Shown one piece after another: positions 60,901 to 64,000 of a stretch of DNA of 64,000 nt. Source of the DNA: Macrostomum hystrix (taxonomy: Eukaryota; Animalia; Platyhelminthes). The notes under the pieces were generated by a model. The model ran no database searches. It saw only the letters and a list, made by a program, of their open reading frames with translations, and was not told the origin of the DNA. Positions within the stretch are counted from its first letter, which is position 1; each line of letters starts with the position of its first letter. Made by a program: the position numbers and the translations under genes. The stretch covers positions 4,340,001 to 4,404,000 of the forward strand of contig CATNEN010000005.1 in NCBI GenBank assembly GCA_950097015.1, given 5' to 3'.

Positions 60901-63148
60901 TGTGGTTGACTTGGCCAAGTCAGCGAGCTCCGATCAGGACAGCAGCGGCTCCCTGCGCCTGTCAGCAGGTCGGCTGCTGGCTCTGGCGCACAGCTTGCGG
61001 CTTCCGCTGCATCAACGATCTAGAATGCGACTTCGCGTCGTCGCTGCCAACGCAGCGGGGAACTCTACGTCGCCAGCCCTGCTGGACGTCGCCCTGCCGC
61101 CGGTGCCGCCGCCACCAATGCCAGTGTCGCCTTGGCCAAGCGCCGGCGACGATTTGAGCGGATCCAGCGGAAGCGGACTTCGTCACGCACTATTAGTCAT
61201 CTGCTCCGTAGCGATTGTAGCCGCGATTCTCGCCGTAGCCATCGGTCTCGCCTTCGCCAGAGGCATCGGCCGGTCCTTTTTTGGTTGCATTCTGTGTTCG
61301 CCGAATAACTCGCCAAAACCGGCTGCCGCGACGGCGACGACTTCGGCGGCTAGTGCGGCGCCCAATGGCGAGGCCGGCCGAATGAACGGCGGCGGCGACG
61401 ACGACGCCGACTCGGTGAATTCGGTCGATTCCCGGGGTGAGCTGCGATTCTACGCCTGTAGAATTCGGCCGGATCCCGCCGAACAGCTCCAGCAGCAGCC
61501 ACCGTTTCGGCTGCCCTGTCTGGTCCAGAGGCAGCAGACGCAGCAGACTTACCTGGGCGCCGCAGAGGAACTCGCAGCGGCAAGCGTCTATCGCGGCCAT
61601 GGCAACGGTCACTACGGCGGTGTCGGCTCGTCTAATGGCGAAAATGGCGCGCCAATGATTTACGGTGTCAGGCCGCAGCAGCAGCAGCAGATGCTTCTGG
61701 CTGGCTCTGGTCCTGCCGTGGCCTACTATGGGCGTGGAGGTGGGTATTAGTCGCTAGACCTAAGTACTTTTAGATCTTGTTTATGAGGATCTTGTATAGT
61801 TTTTGTTATGCAAAAAAATCTTAAAGGGCTTGTGGTCACTGGCGCATCATTTGGTAATAATAGACTCTGCCCCATTCCACTGACTCCTGAGCACACACGC
61901 ACACAGGTGTGTTCATCTGCCCTGATTTTCTCGTTGTCGTTGAGGGCGCCTTGGAGGTCGGCCCCAAAGAGCGTAAATTGCACGACAAGCCCCCCAAACC
62001 TTCTCTCCGCGGCTGCGTCCCAAACTAATGTGGCATCGTCGCGGAATCGAGCTCAGGGACCTTGGTGCGAGAGGCAGACGCGTTGGACTGCTCCGCCACA
62101 GACTGCCCCCTTATCTTTAGAGGTTTAGAGTTCGAAGCTCAATTAATAATAATAAAAATAATAATAATTGACACTAGACACAAGGGCAAGTGCAGGGGTT
62201 ATGTGTCAAGCACACTAGCAGGTGGAGACTGCACACCTAATGTACTCCCCGGCTTTCTCGGACACCGGTTCTCTCGGACAGCCGCGTGTCAGCAATGGAA
62301 TTTATTTTTTCCAAACATATCGGCAGCATCCAAACCCCACTGAATTGCCGCACAGAACTGCTTTATTCCATGCCAGCCGGAATTACTATTGCCCGACGAA
62401 ATGTCGGTACTCATTTGCAGCTGAGTAGACTGTGACCACATCAGGGCAAAGCAGTTTGCCAAGGGCTGCACGAATAGTTCTAGACTAGGTCGGGAGTCGA
62501 ACCCAGGACCATCTGATGCAGAGTCCGCCAACTTACTGACTGAGCTATCCCCCTTTGCTAGTGCGAGCTCAATTAAGCTCAAAGCTCAATTGCTTCAGTT
62601 CACTAAGCTGTGAAGGTGTGTATGAGAGGCACGTGGTAGTTTAGAAATCAAGTTGGGCATTGCTACCATACTCAGTTGACGTACTGAAATAACTGTACAC
62701 AGATTGTCACTTTTATCCAGGCTTCCGTCGCCAGCTGTCGGATGACTCGGCGCAGCACACATACCAGGCCATAGACTATCAGCAGATGTCGCGCTATTCG
62801 CTAAGGGCCAGCAAAAGCGGCGGCGGCGGAGTCGGCGGTGTTGCCAAAATCGGCGGAGATCAGAGGGAAAGAGAGGCCGCAGCGGCGGCTTCTTTCTCAG
62901 CGTCAGGAGCAGATTCTGTGTACTTCACGCGCAGCAGCAGCTACGCCGGCGGTCAAGTGCCAGCGCCAGCAGCGATGATCAATTCGAAGCTGCAGATTCC
63001 GTTGTTGAAGCCGCCTGGTCAGTCGAGCTCGTCTGCCGACTACGCCGGTAGCGTCGGTTACCGGGTGCGGCAGCACCGACGCAGCGCCGGCGAGGGCGGC
63101 CAACCGGACGAAGATGAGAGTCGACAACAGCTGTTGGATGCCAAGTGA
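21852..63148 (+). CDS. Dscam: Dscam-family cell adhesion receptor (SP-9Ig-4FN3-Ig-2FN3-TM-cytoplasmic), ~2,320 aa (gene-level span)
   Basis: 17 exons joined in frame (6,963 nt incl. stop): 21852-21942, 27381-27803, 38200-38385, 44382-45278, 45894-46286, 46704-47257, 50162-50435, 53815-53958, 54422-54759, 55436-55712, 57119-57823, 57904-58056, 58452-58931, 59299-59422, 59509-59633, 60369-61739, 62721-63148. An Ig domain placed between FN3-4 and FN3-5 is diagnostic of Dscam. Motifs GPVPEFFLEPP (Ig1 start) and ELHIMQLTAEDTLYGY (Ig2) resemble Dscam. Confidence 0.88.
23034..23092 (-). mobile_element. SINE family A fragment
   Basis: GCCAGATGTGCAGC..GCATCTGAAGGCTGCGT..CAGTCCATGGAC. Confidence 0.55.
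23590..24645. repeat. 26/24-bp CT-rich minisatellite (Dscam intron 1)
   Basis: Unit GTCACTCCATTATCTCTGTTCTGTCT, ~40 copies. Confidence 0.97.
25260..27275. repeat. 24/26-bp minisatellite (intron 1)
   Basis: Units AATCCCCAGATTTCTAGATCCTAGAT and AATCCCCAGATTTCTAGATCCTAT/AA, ~80 copies. Confidence 0.97.
27381..27803 (+). CDS. Dscam: Dscam exon 2 (Ig1)
   Basis: Acceptor CTCTCTCCAG; LVCRL...LHWLF...YRVYCMA; donor G|GTGAGT; phase 1-1. Confidence 0.88.
27840..28180. repeat. 23-24-bp minisatellite after exon 2
   Basis: Unit GAGGATTCTGAAGGGATTTCAAAT. Confidence 0.9.
28621..28865 (+). mobile_element. SINE family B
   Basis: TCTAACGCGTTTGCCTCTCGCGCCAAGGTCCCTGAGTTCGATTCC (B-box) ... CTCAGGAGTCAGCGGAACGGGCAGAAT. 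Confidence 0.85.
29540..34200. repeat. 8-bp/23-bp satellite with higher-order structure (intron 2)
   Basis: GGAATCTA/GGAATCTT 8-mers and GGATCTATGAATTTAGGAATCTA 23-mers in recurring blocks. Confidence 0.98.
34790..35290. repeat. GA-rich 20-bp repeat
   Basis: Unit AGAGAGGGTAGAGAGGAGGG. Confidence 0.95.
35710..36560. repeat. 35-bp minisatellite, ~24 copies
   Basis: Unit ACCATAGACAGAAATGGATA(C/T)CATATCACTGTAGG, head-to-tail with no spacers. Confidence 0.97.
37420..37717 (-). mobile_element. SINE family B with extended 3' end
   Basis: A-box GTGGCAGAG, body and tail GGCTGCGGGTCTAGTGTCGCCAAAT on the minus strand. Confidence 0.85.
37791..38112 (-). mobile_element. SINE family A, full length, with 13-bp TSD
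   Basis: (TTA)n tail; TSD TTTACGAAGTTTA at 37778-37790 and 38113-38125; head resembles elongator tRNA-Met (GCGTCGGACTCACGACTTGAAGGTCGGGGGTTCGATTCC). Confidence 0.9.
38200..38385 (+). CDS. Dscam: Dscam exon 3 (N-terminal half of Ig2)
   Basis: Acceptor CCACCGCAG; VSNLRRCRATLNCFSGPAGGVAVCRLQ...LSY; donor G|GTAGGT; the only in-phase GC-rich exon candidate found between exons 2 and 4. Confidence 0.7.
38500..39353 (+). mobile_element. 5'-truncated non-LTR retrotransposon 3' end (ORF2 CCHC knuckle, putative 3'UTR, (AGTA)n tail)
   Basis: 38561-38752 translates to KLACETLR..ENRTCPKCRVEVENETHILFRC..IRNKF* (CX2CX8HX4C); tail AAGTAAGTAAGTAA at 39340-39353. The link between ORF and tail is inferred. Confidence 0.6.
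40510..44110. repeat. 34-bp satellite, ~105 copies (intron 3)
   Basis: Unit CATCTCCTCCTTCAGGGACTCTAACCAGCCGCTT, highly homogeneous. Confidence 0.99.
44110..44230. repeat. Decayed 15-16-bp repeat related to the 34-mer
   Basis: CTCTCCTTCAGGGACT-like units. Confidence 0.75.
44240..44333 (+). mobile_element. SINE family B fragment
   Basis: GAAGGCTTGGTGGCTTGTCGTGCAATTTA..GTGTGTGCTCATGGGTCAGCG. Confidence 0.55.
44382..45278 (+). CDS. Dscam: Dscam exon 4 (Ig2 C-half, Ig3, Ig4)
   Basis: ELHIMQLTAED; PCYSG..YSWTKDG..GHYRC; LKCIVQGWPLHRISWLRNG..DRGAYQCVA. Confidence 0.92.
45320..45575 (+). mobile_element. SINE family B, decayed
   Basis: GGGCGCAGCAGCGGAG..GAGGGCCAACCTCC..GTGTACACTGCATGACGATGAG..GGAATTGCCTCCTCG. 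Confidence 0.65.
45596..45840 (-). mobile_element. SINE family A
   Basis: Near-identical to 37791-38112 over the 3' two-thirds. Confidence 0.82.
45894..46286 (+). CDS. Dscam: Dscam exon 5 (Ig5)
   Basis: DMPPVL...FTCLFMAQPRPTV...EATNDRGSA; acceptor TTTCAG; donor C|GTGAGT. Confidence 0.85.
46330..46610. repeat. Degenerate ~30-bp AT-rich repeat (intron 5)
   Basis: Recurrent GATTCTATTTT(T)AGCC..GAAT. Confidence 0.65.
46704..47257 (+). CDS. Dscam: Dscam exon 6 (Ig6 and start of Ig7)
   Basis: PPKLQIRTMRPRHYAVMGKSFTLECPVLG...LRWLF...DAGQYECVG; donor ACG|GTCAGT. Confidence 0.85.
47425..48205 (+). mobile_element. SINE family B head split by a hAT MITE insertion
   Basis: GTGGCAGAGCCGTCTAAGG | MITE | GTCTAAGGCGTTCGCCTCTCGCACCAAGGTCCCTGAGCTCGATT rejoins into the family B head. 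Confidence 0.85.
47458..48160 (+). mobile_element. hAT-Charlie-type MITE carrying a 16-bp minisatellite
   Basis: TIRs CAGGGGTCGGCAAACT / AGTTTGCCTACCCCTG; 8-bp TSD GTCTAAGG (47450-47457, 48161-48168); subterminal GGCCCG motifs as in MER58-like hATs. Confidence 0.92.
48610..50120. repeat. 12-bp CT-rich satellite, ~125 copies (intron 6)
   Basis: Unit CTCTGTCCCATC. Confidence 0.99.
50162..50435 (+). CDS. Dscam: Dscam exon 7 (C-part of Ig7)
   Basis: MLNIRQPDRARDEGVFVCHI; acceptor CCCGCAG; donor C|GTGAGT; phase 0-1. Confidence 0.78.
50500..51220. repeat. GA-rich 21-bp then ~23-bp arrays (5' end of intron 7)
   Basis: GAGACTCAGGGTGAGAATAGA x~14, then TCAGGTAGATAAGGGAGAGTGA(A/T). Confidence 0.96.
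52088..52716 (-). mobile_element. Second copy of the same hAT MITE, inverted
   Basis: TIRs CAGGGGTCGGCAAACT / AGTTTGCCGAGCCCTG; 8-bp TSD TTCTAAAC (52080-52087, 52717-52724); internal (GAGATGAGACACGGGA)n. Confidence 0.92.
53120..53740. repeat. CT-rich 23-bp array (3' end of intron 7)
   Basis: Unit ATGTTTTCTACCCTTCCTACCCT, decaying toward the exon. Confidence 0.9.
53815..53958 (+). CDS. Dscam: Dscam exon 8 (N-half Ig8)
   Basis: FKKNEPPNTQEVALGQPITVPCAV...QLVWYEG; donor G|GTAAGC. Confidence 0.87.
54422..54759 (+). CDS. Dscam: Dscam exon 9 (Ig8 C-half, Ig9 N-half)
   Basis: PNATLRINGVSLDDRSFLC; VTIPCRTSGEQPMTVEWF; donor CAG|GTGAGA. Confidence 0.88.
54900..55220 (+). mobile_element. SINE family B, full length, (ATT)n tail
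   Basis: GGGGGTCGGTGGCAGAGCGG (A-box), GAGCTCGATTCC, hairpin 55067-55109, (TG)n, tail ATTATTATTATT. Confidence 0.87.
55436..55712 (+). CDS. Dscam: Dscam exon 10 (Ig9 C-half, FN3-1 start)
   Basis: LELRRANSGLNGRYTCRASNRY...SPPGPV; donor G|GTGAGA. Confidence 0.9.
55740..56910. repeat. G-rich 30-bp minisatellite with higher-order blocks (intron 10)
   Basis: Unit TTCCCCTGAGGAAATGGATGGTGTGGGATG. Confidence 0.97.
57119..57823 (+). CDS. Dscam: Dscam exon 11 (FN3-1, FN3-2)
   Basis: VTLQWEPP...GLSPGRRLKFRISAVNSVGAG; ISWDPP..MNGRLTNYSVHY..YQVKVTPANAVGEGP. Confidence 0.92.
57904..58056 (+). CDS. Dscam: Dscam exon 12 (FN3-3 N-half)
   Basis: APLSPPSNVRC..IRVTWLPPDAESLNGRLVAYQLQH; donor AAG|GTGCAC (an in-phase alternative lies after 58095). 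Confidence 0.85.
58083..58391 (-). mobile_element. SINE family B with an internal family A patch
   Basis: Full B copy; the middle is replaced by GCTGGAACCCATTTAACA (58283-58300). Confidence 0.82.
58452..58931 (+). CDS. Dscam: Dscam exon 13 (FN3-3 C-half, FN3-4)
   Basis: GLNPFTNYSFSMTVSNSKGRS; APSPPRDLRA..LAWRRTDRPNGDLLRY. Confidence 0.92.
58970..59230 (-). mobile_element. SINE family A
   Basis: Same body; head GTCGGGAATTGAACCCCCGACC (reverse strand). Confidence 0.8.
59299..59422 (+). CDS. Dscam: Dscam exon 14 (Ig10 N-half)
   Basis: RGSSLTLDCAIVGEGSREPKW; phase 1-2; donor GA|GTGAGT. Not in the ORF track. Confidence 0.85.
59509..59633 (+). CDS. Dscam: Dscam exon 15 (Ig10 C-half)
   Basis: ILPNGSLLIE..SGQYTCA; phase 2-1. 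Confidence 0.88.
59781..60280. repeat. Free 16-bp array identical to the MITE-internal minisatellite (intron 15)
   Basis: (TCTCATCTCTCCCGTG) x~31; no TIRs or TSD seen in the flanks. Confidence 0.97.
60369..61739 (+). CDS. Dscam: Dscam exon 16 (FN3-5, FN3-6, TM, proximal tail)
   Basis: FRARVVNAFGLRS; LRVVAANAAG; TM LLVICSVAIVAAILAVAIGLAFA (~61190-61260); donor G|GTGGGT. Confidence 0.88.
61833..62110 (-). mobile_element. SINE family B
   Basis: Reverse complement of the B consensus; hairpin partly deleted. Confidence 0.8.
62147..62565 (-). mobile_element. SINE family C (tRNA-Lys-like head, CORE-like segment) with 11-bp TSD
   Basis: Head GGGGATAGCTCAGTCAGTAAG..GGTCCTGGGTTCGACTCCCG; CCCTTGGCAAACTGCTT..CAGCTGCAAATGAGTACC; (TTA)n tail; TSD AGCTCAATTAA at 62136-62146 and 62566-62576. 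Confidence 0.8.
62721..63148 (+). CDS. Dscam: Dscam exon 17 (distal cytoplasmic tail, stop)
   Basis: Acceptor TTTTATCCAG; GFRRQLSDDSAQHTYQAIDYQQMSRY...QQLLDAK*; AATAAA 50 nt downstream. Confidence 0.8.
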
Positions 63149-63197
63149 GTATGCCGACCCGAAATGTTTAGAAAAAGAAATAGAAAAAGGCAGTCAT

Positions 63198-63203
63198 AAT
63201 AAA
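63198..63203 (+). promoter_or_regulatory. Polyadenylation signal of Dscam
   Basis: AATAAA 50 nt after the TGA stop. Confidence 0.55.
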
Positions 63204-63254
63204 CGCAGCTGCGAATTCCACGAATTAAAGCTTCAGTTAAAGAAGGTTCATGAG

Positions 63255-63735
63255 CCAGACCTTCAGACTTTCTGAGGTACCTTCAGGATTAGAATCTTCA
63301 GGAATAGTACCTTAATAAGTAGACCATTCAGAAGCACCATCATCACTAGTACCTTCAGCAGTAGTACTTTCAGGATTAGTGCCTTCGGGATTAGTGCCTT
63401 CAGGAGTGATACCTTCAGGATTTGTAACTTCAGGAGTGATACCTTCAGGATTTGTAACTTCAGGAGTGATACCTTCAGGATTTGTAACTTCAGGAGTAGT
63501 ACCTTCAGGAGTAGAAACTTCAGGAGTGGTACCTTCAGGAGTAGAAACTTCAGGAGTGGTACCTTCAGGAGTAGTACCTTCAGGAGTAGAAACTTCAGGA
63601 GTGGTACCTTCAGGAGTAGAAACTTCAGGAGTAGTACCTTCAAGAGTAGAAAATTCAGGAGTGGTACCTTCAGTAGTAGAAACTTCAGGAGTGGTACCTT
63701 CAGGAGTAGAAACTTCAGGAGTGGAACACCTTTAT
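63255..63735. repeat. 15/30-bp minisatellite downstream of Dscam
   Basis: Units GGTACCTTCAGGAGT and AGAAACTTCAGGAGT. Confidence 0.95.
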
Positions 63736-64000
63736 TAAATTTAGTTGCCTTAGCTACATTCAGAGTGAACTCAGAGTCACACACGGATTTCCGATTTCAT
63801 TTCAGTCGATTTTCGGCCGGAGCAGCCGAAACGGGCATTGTGTCAGGTGGACCTAGCCAATCCGGTATTATAAAATTGCGCGATCCGAACTACGAAGAAA
63901 TTTTCACAGTTGTCTGACACAATGGCGCTGATTTCATTTTGTTAATTTATTTAATCTTTTTTCGTTGCCAATCGATTGAAACATTTTTCCTACGAATCAC

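Noticed and set aside
15825-62565. tRNA genes at the SINE heads
   Set aside because: A and B boxes are present, but acceptor stems do not close and each head continues into a repeated SINE body.
63837-63923. 10-bp inverted repeat ATTGTGTCAG..CTGACACAAT
   Set aside because: Short, no TSD, single occurrence; compatible with chance.

Overview
Eukaryotic (metazoan, invertebrate-type) genomic DNA holding two divergently transcribed multi-exon genes, both reconstructed by hand with every splice phase checked. (1) Minus strand, 14391 to <1: the 5' ~3,257 codons (12 exons) of an outer-arm axonemal dynein heavy chain of the DNAH5/DNAH8 (gamma) type, with short satellite-free introns, one 4.4-kb exon and one GC-AG intron. 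(2) Plus strand, 21852-63148: a complete 17-exon, ~2,320-aa Dscam-family receptor (signal peptide, 9 Ig, 4 FN3, Ig, 2 FN3, TM, tail). It has no arthropod-type alternative exon arrays but has strongly diverged Ig2/Ig5/Ig7/Ig9. About 19 kb of its ~34 kb of intron is made of about 15 tandem arrays, mostly of unrelated units. The window also carries three tRNA-headed SINE families (~20 copies or fragments), two satellite-carrying hAT-Charlie MITEs with perfect 8-bp TSDs, and a 5'-truncated LINE 3' end. The most interesting signals are all in the Dscam introns: arrays next to splice sites are polarised (pyrimidine-rich before acceptors, purine-rich after donors); mutually complementary arrays flank exon 2, exon 7 and exons 8-15; and one GA-rich array has two alternative complementary partners, resembling docking/selector RNA pairing. 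These functional readings are inference only. The style (GC-rich exons, minisatellite-filled introns) is reminiscent of free-living flatworms such as Macrostomum, but the organism cannot be established from the sequence alone.
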